From: Gemmatimonadota bacterium
GTDB lineage: Bacteria > Latescibacterota > UBA2968 > UBA8231
Assembly (NCBI GenBank): GCA_038153405.1
Contig: JAYOYH010000049.1
Location: forward strand, 1-31,890
Length of the DNA: 31,890 bases
Direction: 5' to 3'
The notes below the pieces were generated by a model. That model had not been told where the DNA came from. It worked only from the letters and a program-made list of their open reading frames with translations, and made no database searches. Each line of letters starts with the position of its first letter. Position 1 is the first letter of the stretch. A program made the translations under genes and the position numbers. Positions 15,146-25,147 of the stretch are shown here, one piece after another.

Positions 15146-17298
15146 ATCCAAAAGATGCCGTTGCCAATTTTACCCGTGAAATAGTCAATGACCAGCCATA
15201 TCCCATTGCACAGCACCTGCCCGCAAATTAAACCCAAAAAGAAGTACTGACTGCGCTTAAACATCGTCGCCCCGCCGTAGCGCATGAGGCACTTTTTTAA
15301 AAACCACGCAAGAAAAACGCTGAACCAGACGTGTTCCATAAGCGAGTTGCCGCCGATGGGAAAGCCTATCGGATGCAGCGGCCACCACGGGAAGCGCTGC
15401 CTAGCCCACATCATTGCCGTCATCACCACGCCGCCGCCGGCAAAAAACGAAAGCCCGTCCCAGTAGACGCCAGTTGGTTCGAAATTGCGCAATGCGTGCT
15501 GGTAGGCCACCTGTGGTGCGCTTTTAAAAAACCAGCTATTGAGATTGATGCCCCCATGCGAATAGGCCATGTGGAAAATCATCCAGATAGAGCCCAGCGC
15601 CCCAATAAATAGGGCCAACACAATGGCGGCAAAAACCATCCGGCGCAAGCGAGGAGGCATTTCCTCAATCAGCTTCAACGCATTGGCGCAGTTGGCCATG
15701 ACGAAGACGCGTACATCGGCCGCCCAAATATAGGTCATTGAAAGGTTCCACACACTCGAAGGGCCTATTAGCTGAGATCCCAAACCGAGCGTTAATAAAT
15801 CGGGGGCGATCATCGGCGTGCGGACAGCGGCGAGGCCCGCCTCGGCAACAATCCGGGAAATGCCGATAAAAATCAATATCGCCACAAGGACAAAGACGAT
15901 GGCAACCCATGCTTTAGTCCCCATGATCCACAGCCACAGCGCCATCAGTGCCATACCGCCGACAGCGCCAAAAAAAGCGAGGCGATAGGAAATAATTTCA
16001 TCGCTATCATCCGCGTCGGTATTCATGCCTAGTGCCTTGAACACGACGCCTTTAAAGTGCTCCCGTCCCACCCATAGCCCAACCAGCACCATGGCGATCA
16101 GTGCGCCGACCCCCTGATAAGCCATAAAGGGAAAATCGGCTACGCCATAGCCAATTTTCTGCTCGGATTTAAATCCAGCAACGGTGAGAAATTCTTTTTC
16201 AAACTTCGAGAAGATATGAAAAAACCAAATGCCCGCGGCAATGTTGGCGTTTATGAAGTAGGAGAAACCCACCATCGCAAAGCTTATGCTCAGGCGCAGC
16301 GTCTGCTTGCCCATCAGCGGCAAAAACCAGAGCAGGCGCACTACGGGGTAGCTGGGATCGTACCGGTGTAGGGCCTGAAGACTGCCGATAATCAGCGGCA
16401 GGGCGGCCCCCAACCACATCGCCCGCCTGCGCAGAAAGCGATTCCACGAGGTCTCGCCGTCTTCTTCTCGAACAATCGACAGGGCCACCTGCGTTATGGG
16501 ATAGCTCAGCCGCTCGCGCTCCATCCACTGGCGGCGCAGAATAACAGCCACGCATACCATGCACATGTACAGCCCGAGGAAAAAGGCACCCCACCAACAC
16601 AGCGGCTCTAACCAATGCTCCCAGGGCAAGTCCATCCCCGGCTCAATTCCCTCGTAAAATGACGTATTGTCGTTGCCATCATTGACCAGAGCCGGACTGT
16701 CTCGCATAATGGGGAATAACTTTTCCTGCCACTTATTCTCCGGCGTAGCAAAGTAAAAAACAGCCGTTATCATCGGCAGGAACTGTTCGCTCAGGCCCAT
16801 AGTACACAGAGCCGATACGATGAGCAGCATCGCATACACGACGATCAACTCGGCGCGATTTAGGGCAATGCCGTTCTTTTCGCGCGCGCAGGCGAGGAGG
16901 TTGCCCAGCGATAAGAGGACGATAAAGAGAAAGAAATAAGAGCCGGGAGAATAGGGATCCCACGACGAAATACCGTCGTAGGCATAGACAAAAGAGGCAA
17001 CAGCCACTCCGCTAACAACCAGCGACCGACTCAGCGTAGCCGTCCATTTTAGCGCTGCGTTAATGGGGCCCACTAAGACCAGAAATAGCGCAATAGCACC
17101 CGGCGTGCTGAAGTCGAGCGCCATATAGGAACCGCGAATAATCATATTGCCATAGGGCGCGCCGACGGCCAAGAAAAAACTCAAAAAGGCCCCCACGGCA
17201 AATGCGCGCGGACGCAGATGTAAGTCTTCTGCGGAAAAAAGAGAATCCGTTCGCCCCTGCAAATAGTTAACGTATTCGCCAGGAATAAATCGCTTCAC
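15142..17298 (-). CDS. DUF6785/DUF6784-like polytopic membrane protein (putative peptide transporter, OPT-like)
   Basis: 718 aa, many TMs; LNRAEL, W..W..P..WW, LRRQWMERERLSYP, RIVAEAG, WWPLHPIG, RYGG, FFLGLICG motifs; GTG start. Confidence 0.75.
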   Translation of the reverse strand: MKRFIPGEYVNYLQGRTDSLFSAEDLHLRPRAFAVGAFLSFFLAVGAPYGNMIIRGSYMALDFSTPGAIALFLVLVGPINAALKWTATLSRSLVVSGVAVASFVYAYDGISSWDPYSPGSYFFLFIVLLSLGNLLACAREKNGIALNRAELIVVYAMLLIVSALCTMGLSEQFLPMITAVFYFATPENKWQEKLFPIMRDSPALVNDGNDNTSFYEGIEPGMDLPWEHWLEPLCWWGAFFLGLYMCMVCVAVILRRQWMERERLSYPITQVALSIVREEDGETSWNRFLRRRAMWLGAALPLIIGSLQALHRYDPSYPVVRLLWFLPLMGKQTLRLSISFAMVGFSYFINANIAAGIWFFHIFSKFEKEFLTVAGFKSEQKIGYGVADFPFMAYQGVGALIAMVLVGLWVGREHFKGVVFKALGMNTDADDSDEIISYRLAFFGAVGGMALMALWLWIMGTKAWVAIVFVLVAILIFIGISRIVAEAGLAAVRTPMIAPDLLTLGLGSQLIGPSSVWNLSMTYIWAADVRVFVMANCANALKLIEEMPPRLRRMVFAAIVLALFIGALGSIWMIFHMAYSHGGINLNSWFFKSAPQVAYQHALRNFEPTGVYWDGLSFFAGGGVVMTAMMWARQRFPWWPLHPIGFPIGGNSLMEHVWFSVFLAWFLKKCLMRYGGATMFKRSQYFFLGLICGQVLCNGIWLVIDYFTGKIGNGIFWI

Positions 17299-17431
17299 TG
17301 CTAAACTATGCCTCGCACCCGAGAAAGTTTACAACCATTTAACGCGAAAAAATACGCCTCTTGACCGATTGCGGCAATTGCTATTGAATTCACACACACG
17401 TTGTTTAACGGAAGTCAAAATGGGGATGCAT

Positions 17432-18577
17432 ATGACTACACGCCAGCGCTTTTTATCGTTTGCTCGACCTCTATTACGCTGTCCTACGGCCCCCTTTCAC
17501 GAGCACTACCCGCTGGAAGTCATAAACCAGTTTATCCAGCAGCGCCCGGCCTTGGGCATAGAGCGGGACCAATACGGCAACTTGCTCATACTCTATAACG
17601 GCACGCGCAGGAGGAGTCAGCCCCGCCTTATTCTCACGGCACACCTAGACCACCCGGCCCTGCTTTGGCACGACCAAATCGCCCCCACCCAACACCTATT
17701 TGGACTCTACGGAGGCGTACAGGCCGCCCTATTGCGCGGTGCGTCCACTTGCATTTACCAGAGGCAAAAAGGACGCACCCAACGTCCACTAAAAGGACGC
17801 ATCTCAGCTGTCGATACCCCTTCCAAGGGCCGAACTTGCGTTCTTGTCGACATCCAGCGCCCCCTAACTGAACAGGCAGAAGTCGGCACGACCTTTGCCA
17901 CGTGGGACCTACCGGCATGGCGACTGCGCGGCAATAAGCTGCACGCGCTAGCCTGCGACGACTTGGCCGGTGCGGCGGTCGGACTGTCCTTTATCGATTC
18001 GCTATGGCAAAGGGGCGCGCCTACGCGCGCCGGCCTGCTGCTCACGCGCGCCGAGGAAGTGGGCTTTGTCGGTATGTTGGCCGCCCTACAGAGTGGCCTA
18101 TTAGATCCAGATGCACTCTACATCAATATCGAATGTTCCAGTATAAAAGCGGGAGCGGTCATGGGAAAGGGACCCGTCGTGCGCGTGGGCGACCGACTGC
18201 GCATCTTCGATCCGCAGATCAGCGCCGCGCTGACGGCCTGCGCCGACTTGCTACAGAGCAACCAAGAGGGGTTCACCTACCAGCGCCGCCTAATGGATTC
18301 CGGTGCCTGTGAGGCAACCCCGCTAGTTCAGGCCGGCCTGCAAACGGGGGCCGTCGCCCTACCGCTGGGCAACTACCACAATATCGGGGAAAAGAAATTG
18401 CAGACTGAGTGCATTCACATTGAAGACGCCTGCGCACTCGTCGATTTGCTGGTATTTATGACCGAGACCGATGGAGGCCCAGCGCGCGCCCTGCAAGCGG
18501 CTTCGCAGGCATTGGACGACGATCTGAATCGCCGCTTGCACAGCATGCGCGCGCTCCTCAAGGAGACTTCGCTGTGA
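17432..18577 (+). CDS. M20/M42-like zinc metallopeptidase/hydrolase (cytoplasmic)
   Basis: Full clan MH ligand set: TAHLDH, ACDDLAG, RAEEVG, NIECS, GNYHN; DQYGN motif; no signal peptide; start uncertain (17420/17426/17432). Confidence 0.8.
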   Translation: MTTRQRFLSFARPLLRCPTAPFHEHYPLEVINQFIQQRPALGIERDQYGNLLILYNGTRRRSQPRLILTAHLDHPALLWHDQIAPTQHLFGLYGGVQAALLRGASTCIYQRQKGRTQRPLKGRISAVDTPSKGRTCVLVDIQRPLTEQAEVGTTFATWDLPAWRLRGNKLHALACDDLAGAAVGLSFIDSLWQRGAPTRAGLLLTRAEEVGFVGMLAALQSGLLDPDALYINIECSSIKAGAVMGKGPVVRVGDRLRIFDPQISAALTACADLLQSNQEGFTYQRRLMDSGACEATPLVQAGLQTGAVALPLGNYHNIGEKKLQTECIHIEDACALVDLLVFMTETDGGPARALQAASQALDDDLNRRLHSMRALLKETSL

Positions 18578-18602
18578 GCAAATACCTTGGCGAGAAAAGC
18601 CC

Positions 18603-19379
18603 CTAAACGATGGTCCAGCCGCCGTCGACGACCAGCGTGTGCCCCGTAATCATCGCCGCGGCTTGCGAGGCGAGAAAAATCACGGGGGCCGAAATTTCTT
18701 CGGGTTCGGCCAGGTCGCCGCGCAGTAGGTTTTTCGTGCGCACCGCGTCGGAGAATGCTTGGCTATCGCTCATCGCTTGCTCGGCCATCGGCGAGCGCGT
18801 AACGGTGGGGGCTACGACATTCACGCGAATACCGTACTCGGCCCACTCCGCGGCCATTGTCTTCGTCATGTTGTTAACCCCGCCTTTGGCCCCGCTGTAG
18901 GGACCGCGTTCAGGAGCACCGACCACGCCGGCCTGCGACGAAATATTGACGATGGCGCCCCCATCGCCTTGTGCAATCATTTGCTTTGCCGCCATCTGGC
19001 TGCAGAAAAAGACGTTTTTTAGATTGGCGTCGACGATGAGGTCATACAGCGCCTCGTCGTAGTCGATAATCTTGCCCAGTTTGTTGTAGCCTGCATTGTT
19101 TATCAGCACGTCGATGCGCCCGTAGTGACCGATAACCGCCTCGAAAAACTGGCGAATCGATTCGACGCTCGTTACGTCGAGGGGAGCGTACATGCACTCG
19201 CCGCCCAGCGCTTCGATTTCTGCCTTAAGCGTCTCTAATTCGGCAGTGGTTCGGCTCCCTACAGCCAGCTTTGCCCCCGAGGCATGCGCGTCCTTGGCGA
19301 TGACGCGTCCGATACCGCGACCGGCTCCAGTTACAATGACGACCTTCCCCTCCAACGCAAAACACTCTAAACTCGGCAC
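18603..19379 (-). CDS. Short-chain dehydrogenase/reductase (FabG-like/sugar dehydrogenase)
   Basis: TGAGRGIG, NNAG, NISS, YSGAK, VDGG motifs; GTG start at 19379 after AAAGGAG. Confidence 0.92.
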   Translation of the reverse strand: MPSLECFALEGKVVIVTGAGRGIGRVIAKDAHASGAKLAVGSRTTAELETLKAEIEALGGECMYAPLDVTSVESIRQFFEAVIGHYGRIDVLINNAGYNKLGKIIDYDEALYDLIVDANLKNVFFCSQMAAKQMIAQGDGGAIVNISSQAGVVGAPERGPYSGAKGGVNNMTKTMAAEWAEYGIRVNVVAPTVTRSPMAEQAMSDSQAFSDAVRTKNLLRGDLAEPEEISAPVIFLASQAAAMITGHTLVVDGGWTIV

Positions 19380-19465
19380 GGCAAACTCTCCTTTATCTGG
19401 CAATTATTCATCAGGGGGTTGATTTCTATAGCACGACGGGCGTTGTAGACAGAGGCGTACGGGGC

Positions 19466-20230
19466 TCAGTGTATTCCCATTGCGCGCAAATTGTCAAAAC
19501 TCTTTTTCAAGCTATCAAACGGATCGCCGAGACAGGTGTCCTGTTCGACGATATACCACTCGATATCGGCTTGGCGACAGGCCGATAAAATGGCGTCCCA
19601 TTCCAGGTTGCCCTCCCCCACTTCGGCAAAGAGCTGCTTGCTCCCCTCCATGGCCATATCTTTTAAATGCACTATGTGCATGCGTTCCTTTAGCGCCTGT
19701 AGCCAACTGACTGGATTGCCGCCCCCGTGCTGAATCCAGTAGGTATCGATCTCAAAGAAAAAAGTCTCGGGATCGCTCTCTTCTACGAGGATCTGCATGG
19801 CGGTGCGGCCGCCAAAGCGCTGCAGTTCAAAGCTGTGGTTGTGATAACTGAAGGTTAAATCCGCATCTATGAGCGGACGAGCCGCCTGGGACGCTTCTCT
19901 GGCAAAGCGCGAAAAGCCCTCTTCACTTCTGAATTCTTGCGGTAAACCGCCAATGGCCACGTGCCGGCAGCCCCACAGCTTGTGTTCAGCAATTACAGCT
20001 TCGACCTCCTCGACGATACGCCCATAGGGTATGTGGGTGGCGATGATCTGCAGGTGCGTTTCTTCGGCAATATCGCGCAAAATTTCAGGTTCCACCGGCC
20101 CCATACCGGAAACCTGTACGGCTTCATAGCCCATACCGCGCACGCGAGCAAAGGTCGTGCGTATATCGTCAACCGTTTTAGTGTATTCCCGCAGCGTATA
20201 CAGCTGGGCGGCGAGTACTGAATCCGTCAT
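19466..20230 (-). CDS. Sugar phosphate isomerase/epimerase (xylose isomerase-like TIM barrel)
   Basis: AQLYTLR, SYHNH, EIDTYW, HLKD, VEQD metal motifs; ATG 20230 after GGGAG. Confidence 0.88.
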   Translation of the reverse strand: MTDSVLAAQLYTLREYTKTVDDIRTTFARVRGMGYEAVQVSGMGPVEPEILRDIAEETHLQIIATHIPYGRIVEEVEAVIAEHKLWGCRHVAIGGLPQEFRSEEGFSRFAREASQAARPLIDADLTFSYHNHSFELQRFGGRTAMQILVEESDPETFFFEIDTYWIQHGGGNPVSWLQALKERMHIVHLKDMAMEGSKQLFAEVGEGNLEWDAILSACRQADIEWYIVEQDTCLGDPFDSLKKSFDNLRAMGIH

Positions 20231-20283
20231 ATCGATCTCCCATAGTCCTTTTTCGCGCAATATAGCCGCTGCCCTTGTCGCCG

Positions 20284-21537
20284 TCAATCAGACGATGCGC
20301 GCAGAGGGGCAAAGCCCTTTAACCACCGCACCGTCAGCACCGTCGCCAATGCCGCACAGCCGGCCATAAACCCTACTGCCATAGGCGCGCCCCACAGTTC
20401 GGCCATCGAGCCACTTTGCAGTCGTCCAAACGGCCCCACCCCGATGGCTAAGACCAGTGCCCCCATGGCCCGCGAACGCATCTCGTCGGGTGCTTCGGTC
20501 AGTATGATCGAACTCTGCATAATGCTGAATCCGGCCTGGCCCACCCCTGAAATCAGGAGGCATAGCAGCGATAGGGCATAGGTGTTCGAAGCAGAAAATG
20601 CGATTAACCCCGCGCACAGTAGCATGGCCCCCCCGGCGAATGACCACTCGTTACTCAAGTGCTTACGCCCCCAATGGACCAGCAGCAAACCCAGCGATGC
20701 CCCCACGCCATGAGCAGCTCCCAACCACCCCAGACCCACCGGCCCCTGCCCGAGGATATCGCGGGCGAAGACCGGCAACATATTCATGTAGGGGAACGCC
20801 CATACATTCATAAAAATCGTTATGAGAAAAACGCCCCAAACGCGCTGGTTGGTGCGCACAAAATTCCATCCCTGGCGCGTTTTATCTAACGCCTCGCGCA
20901 CGCCGACCGCCGCGGTGGGTGCCTGCGAAGTGGATCGAATGGATGCCAGGGCAATCAGGCTGATAAATCCGAGCGCCGATAGCACGGCCAAGGCTCCATC
21001 CATACCGAGGCGCTCCAATGCAAGGCCGCCGCCAATCGGTCCGGCAATGCGCGTCATATTCTGTATGATATTTTCCAAGACCATAGCATCGACGACCCGC
21101 TCCCGCCCCACTAAATCGGGAATTATAGCCCTGCGCGTCGGCCAGTCCACGGCCCAGAGACATCCCTGTAGCAGCGAGAAGCTCACTAGATGCCAATACT
21201 GCAGCACGCCCACCCACATCAGCCCCCAAACGCCCAGCGTTGCCAGTGCACCCAGCGCCTGAAATCCAATCAGTAAATAGCGCCGGGGATATCGATCGGT
21301 AATCAGCGCTCCCCAGGGGCCAATTAGCAGCAGCGGAATAGAGCGAAAAAAACCAATCACCGCGACCCACCAGGCCGAGTCGGTCAGCTCCAAGGCCAAC
21401 CACCCGGTCACCAGCATTTCCATCCACATCGCCTGCCACCACAGACCGTTGGCCAGCCACAGCCGCACAAAATCAGCCTGTCTCAGCGGCTCAAATATTC
21501 CCCAATCAACTGCAGGTGCTTGGCGATCCTCACCCAC
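20284..21537 (-). CDS. MFS transporter (MFS_3 / DHA3-like)
   Basis: About 12 TMs; G.ITDRYPRR motif A-like, WPTRRAIIP, APDEMRSRAMG. Confidence 0.88.
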   Translation of the reverse strand: MGEDRQAPAVDWGIFEPLRQADFVRLWLANGLWWQAMWMEMLVTGWLALELTDSAWWVAVIGFFRSIPLLLIGPWGALITDRYPRRYLLIGFQALGALATLGVWGLMWVGVLQYWHLVSFSLLQGCLWAVDWPTRRAIIPDLVGRERVVDAMVLENIIQNMTRIAGPIGGGLALERLGMDGALAVLSALGFISLIALASIRSTSQAPTAAVGVREALDKTRQGWNFVRTNQRVWGVFLITIFMNVWAFPYMNMLPVFARDILGQGPVGLGWLGAAHGVGASLGLLLVHWGRKHLSNEWSFAGGAMLLCAGLIAFSASNTYALSLLCLLISGVGQAGFSIMQSSIILTEAPDEMRSRAMGALVLAIGVGPFGRLQSGSMAELWGAPMAVGFMAGCAALATVLTVRWLKGFAPLRASSD

Positions 21538-21624
21538 CGCTACCAGCTTCCTCTAAATGGGCTGTGGCCCGTGCTGACCACGCCATGCTATATTACTGAA
21601 AAAGACGCATAAGGAGGAGTGCCC

Positions 21625-22083
21625 ATGTCCATTGAGCAGAAATTAAACGAGTTAGGTATCGAATTGCCGCCGCCCCCCCAGCCGGCTGGCGCCTATACCC
21701 GCGCCGTGCGCAGCGGCGACCAACTCTTTATTTCTGGCCAACTGCCGGTGGCCGACGGCGCCATTCAATACGCCGGCAGGGTGGGCGGCGATTTGAGCCA
21801 ACAGCAGGGATACGAAGCGGCGCGCCTGTGCGCGCTCAACGCCCTGAGCATTCTCCAAGCCGAATCGGGCGATCTGAACGCCGTGCGCATCGTCCGCATC
21901 GGCGGCTATGTCTGTTCGGAAAAAGATTTTACGGGTCAGGCGCAGGTGGTCAACGGAGCGTCCGACCTATTTGCAGCGGTGTTGGGGGAACGAGGCGTTC
22001 ACGCGCGACTGGCAGTCGGGGTTTATGCACTGCCGCTGGGAGCGGCAGTCGAGTTGGAGGTCATCGCCCAGATCGAAAGATGA
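21625..22083 (+). CDS. RidA/YjgF family protein (YabJ/Rid1-like)
   Basis: ISGQLP, VVNGASDLF, HARLAVG, LPLGAAVELE; AAGGAGG RBS; TGCTATATT extended -10-like element at 21586-21594. Confidence 0.9.
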   Translation: MSIEQKLNELGIELPPPPQPAGAYTRAVRSGDQLFISGQLPVADGAIQYAGRVGGDLSQQQGYEAARLCALNALSILQAESGDLNAVRIVRIGGYVCSEKDFTGQAQVVNGASDLFAAVLGERGVHARLAVGVYALPLGAAVELEVIAQIER

Positions 22084-22084
22084 C

Positions 22085-24007
22085 TTAGGTATCGCTGGAC
22101 AAATTTTCCGAAGAAGGCTGCTCGGCGCTGCCGTTTTGTGGCGGCGCGGCCTCAGGCTGTTCGGCCCTTTCTCGCTCTAGCGGAGACAGCGATTTATCTT
22201 CATTTAATTTAACGCCGGCTGCGCGCAGAATTTGGCGCAGTTCGTCGCCATCCATCACCTCTTTGTCAAAGAGGATCGCCACGACCTTTTCCAGCGAGTC
22301 GCGCTGGGCTTCCAAGACATCTTTGGCGCGCTGATACCCCTGGCGAATAATGCGGCTAATTTCTTCGTCAATCGCGCGCGCCGTATCCTCGCTGTAGGGC
22401 CGATCTACAGCCCCTCCACCGAGGAATTGCTGCTGACCGCGATCCTCCCGATGGGCGACCAATCCCATTCGATCGCTCATGCCGTATTCTTTCACCATGC
22501 GCTCGACCATATTCGTGGCCTGCTGTAGGTCATTGGAGGCTCCGGTCGAAATTTGGCCGAAGACGACTTCTTCGGCGGCGCGCCCGCCTAATATGGCCGC
22601 CAGCGTATCTTCTAACTCATCGCGCGTCATCAGGTAGCGGTCTTCAAGCGGCATGTTGAGCGTATAGCCCAACGCCGCCACGCCGCGCGAAACAATGGAG
22701 ATTTTCTGCACCGGATTGGCTTCGGGTAGAACCTCTCCAACAATGGCGTGCCCGGCCTCGTGGTAGGCTACGATTTTGCGCTCTTTGTCATTGAGGACGC
22801 GGCTTTTGCGCTCGAGACCAGCCACGGAACGCTCGATCGCCTCTTCCAACTCGTCCATGGATATGGCGGATTTATCGCGCCGAGCCGCCAATAGCGCCGC
22901 CTCGTTAATGACGTTGGCCAAATCGGCACCAGCAAAGCCCGGCGTGCGCACGGCTAGCTTTTGCAGATCGACTTCCGGCGCGAGCACCGCGTCGCGCGCG
23001 TGAATTTTGAGAATGGCCTCGCGCCCTTTGACGTCGGGTCGGTCGACCGTCACCGTGCGATCAAAGCGCCCGGGGCGCAGCAGCGCCGGATCGAGAATTT
23101 CGGGGCGGTTAGTCGCGCCCATTAAAATGACGCCAACGTTGGTGTCAAACCCATCTAGCTCGGTCAGAAGCTGGTTAAGCGTCTGCTCGCGCTCGTCGTG
23201 GCCACCAAATGAACCAGGGCCGCGCGCCTTCCCCAAAGCGTCCAACTCATCGATAAAGACAATGGCCGGAGCGTGCTTCTTGGCCTGTTCAAATAGATCG
23301 CGGACGCGAGCAGCTCCCACTCCCACAAACATCTCCACAAAATCGGAACCGCTGATAGAGAAAAAAGGCACACTGGCTTCGCCTGCGACGGCTTTGGCCA
23401 GCAGCGTCTTGCCCGTGCCCGGGGATCCAACCAACAGCACGCCGCGCGGAATGCGTCCGCCCAGCGCCTGAAAGCGCTCTGGCGTCCGCAAAAAGTCTAC
23501 AATCTCTTCAAGTTCTTCTTTGGCTTCATCAATTCCTGCTACGTCGGCAAAGGTGATCCCCGTACCCTTTTCCATGTAGACTTTGGCCTTTGACTTGCCG
23601 ATCGACATCAGGCCGCCGGATCCTCCGCCCATGCGCCGGGCCATAAACATCCATATGCCGACAAAAATTACCGCGGGCAAGATCCACGACAACAGGGTAG
23701 TAAACCAAGTATTTTCGACGGTGCCGCCATAGCGCACTTGGTTTTTATCGAGCAGATCAACCAAGCCCGCATCATCTACGCGGGAAGTGACGAAGCTGCG
23801 TTCGCTGCCAGCAAGAAGGGCCTTGCCGCGAATGAACTCGCTGCCAATGCTACACTCAGTTACCTGGCCATCAACGACCCACTGGCGAAACTGGCTGTAG
23901 GGCACATTATCAACCTGGTTTTCAAAGTAGTTTTGTAAACTGAGCAAGAGCAGCAACGTGAGAATGGCATAGGCTACAGAAAGCTGCGTTTTTTTCTCAA
24001 ATTTCAT
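22085..24007 (-). CDS. ftsH: ATP-dependent zinc metalloprotease FtsH
   Basis: Two TMs with periplasmic domain; GSPGTGKT Walker A, FIDELD Walker [26 protein letters not shown] zinc motif, GGRAAEE, STGASND. Confidence 0.97.
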   Translation of the reverse strand: MKFEKKTQLSVAYAILTLLLLLSLQNYFENQVDNVPYSQFRQWVVDGQVTECSIGSEFIRGKALLAGSERSFVTSRVDDAGLVDLLDKNQVRYGGTVENTWFTTLLSWILPAVIFVGIWMFMARRMGGGSGGLMSIGKSKAKVYMEKGTGITFADVAGIDEAKEELEEIVDFLRTPERFQALGGRIPRGVLLVGSPGTGKTLLAKAVAGEASVPFFSISGSDFVEMFVGVGAARVRDLFEQAKKHAPAIVFIDELDALGKARGPGSFGGHDEREQTLNQLLTELDGFDTNVGVILMGATNRPEILDPALLRPGRFDRTVTVDRPDVKGREAILKIHARDAVLAPEVDLQKLAVRTPGFAGADLANVINEAALLAARRDKSAISMDELEEAIERSVAGLERKSRVLNDKERKIVAYHEAGHAIVGEVLPEANPVQKISIVSRGVAALGYTLNMPLEDRYLMTRDELEDTLAAILGGRAAEEVVFGQISTGASNDLQQATNMVERMVKEYGMSDRMGLVAHREDRGQQQFLGGGAVDRPYSEDTARAIDEEISRIIRQGYQRAKDVLEAQRDSLEKVVAILFDKEVMDGDELRQILRAAGVKLNEDKSLSPLERERAEQPEAAPPQNGSAEQPSSENLSSDT

Positions 24008-24339
24008 TAACGGGTATCCACTTCACATGCGGTAGATGAGGCGTCAAAATGACGTGCACAAGCCGGAAAAGTAAATAATGACGAGTAGCCAAAATAAATA
24101 ATCAGCAATATGTCGAGGAAGATAACGGGTTGGCCATACAAGGTCAAGCTACGACGATGCGTTGGCTGCTCTATCTGGTGAGATTGGATCAGCTATCCAT
24201 GGGTAACTAACGGACAGCGGCAAGGAAAAGTGAAATGCGCCAGCCTCTCCGGCAGCGAATCCACCAAACGGCTCACCCGCTCTTCGGCATCGGCCAGTCC
24301 TTCGAAGGCCTGGCATTCTCTCTCGCCGCCTAAGAGCAG

Positions 24340-25131
24340 TTAATTGGGCACCTCCCCCACAGCCATTGCTGCGTTTTTTTTCGCCACATACATGCGCTCG
24401 CCGTCCTCAAAGACCCCCGGCCAGCCCCAGGGTCGCTGCGCTTCTAAACGAGAGCGCGTGTTAAAGTATTCTATTGCGAACCCGCCCTGTTTAAGCATGT
24501 GTATCAGTGAAGAGGGTGGAAGAATTTGGATATACTTGACCTCTTCGTCGTCGCGGTCGCTAAAGCGCTCGCCAAACTCTTTTTCTCGAATGGGCAGCGA
24601 GAGCAGTTGCCCAAAAACAAACTTCAAAAAGGTGCGAAAGCGCAGCAGAGCAAATTCGTTGAGGGCAAAAGGCGAGTGGGAAGAAAAGATAAAGTGGCCG
24701 CCGGGCTTTAGGACGCGGTGTATTTCGCGCAGGGCGCGCATCTTTCCCTCGCGCCCGGGCAAAAGTTCCAGGCCGTTGTAGGAAAAGAGAGCCAGATCAA
24801 ACTGATCGTTGGACAGCTGCAGGTCCATCGCGTCCATCACGCGAACGTCGATATCGACGCCGCAGGCACTCGCTATGTCTTTAGACAGATCGACCATGCT
24901 GGGACTGAGGTCGATGGCGGTGACGTCGAAACCCATTTCGCGCAGAGGAATGCTGGTCCGCCCCGCCCCGCACCCGATGTCGAGAACGCGCCCCTCATCC
25001 GCTGCATATTCGAGGACGAGAATTTCCTCCGCCGGCCATAGGCCCACTTCGGCATAGCGCGAAACGACGCGCGGATCTTGGTAGGTCGTGCGCACCAAGT
25101 CGCGAATAATGCGCAGGCGATCTTCCGACAT
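24340..25131 (-). CDS. Class I SAM-dependent methyltransferase
   Basis: VLDIGCGAG, IDLS, RVLKPGG; start re-called to ATG 25131 to avoid overlap with the E2 gene. Confidence 0.85.
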   Translation of the reverse strand: MSEDRLRIIRDLVRTTYQDPRVVSRYAEVGLWPAEEILVLEYAADEGRVLDIGCGAGRTSIPLREMGFDVTAIDLSPSMVDLSKDIASACGVDIDVRVMDAMDLQLSNDQFDLALFSYNGLELLPGREGKMRALREIHRVLKPGGHFIFSSHSPFALNEFALLRFRTFLKFVFGQLLSLPIREKEFGERFSDRDDEEVKYIQILPPSSLIHMLKQGGFAIEYFNTRSRLEAQRPWGWPGVFEDGERMYVAKKNAAMAVGEVPN

Positions 25132-25147
25132 GTCTACCGGTGCACGC

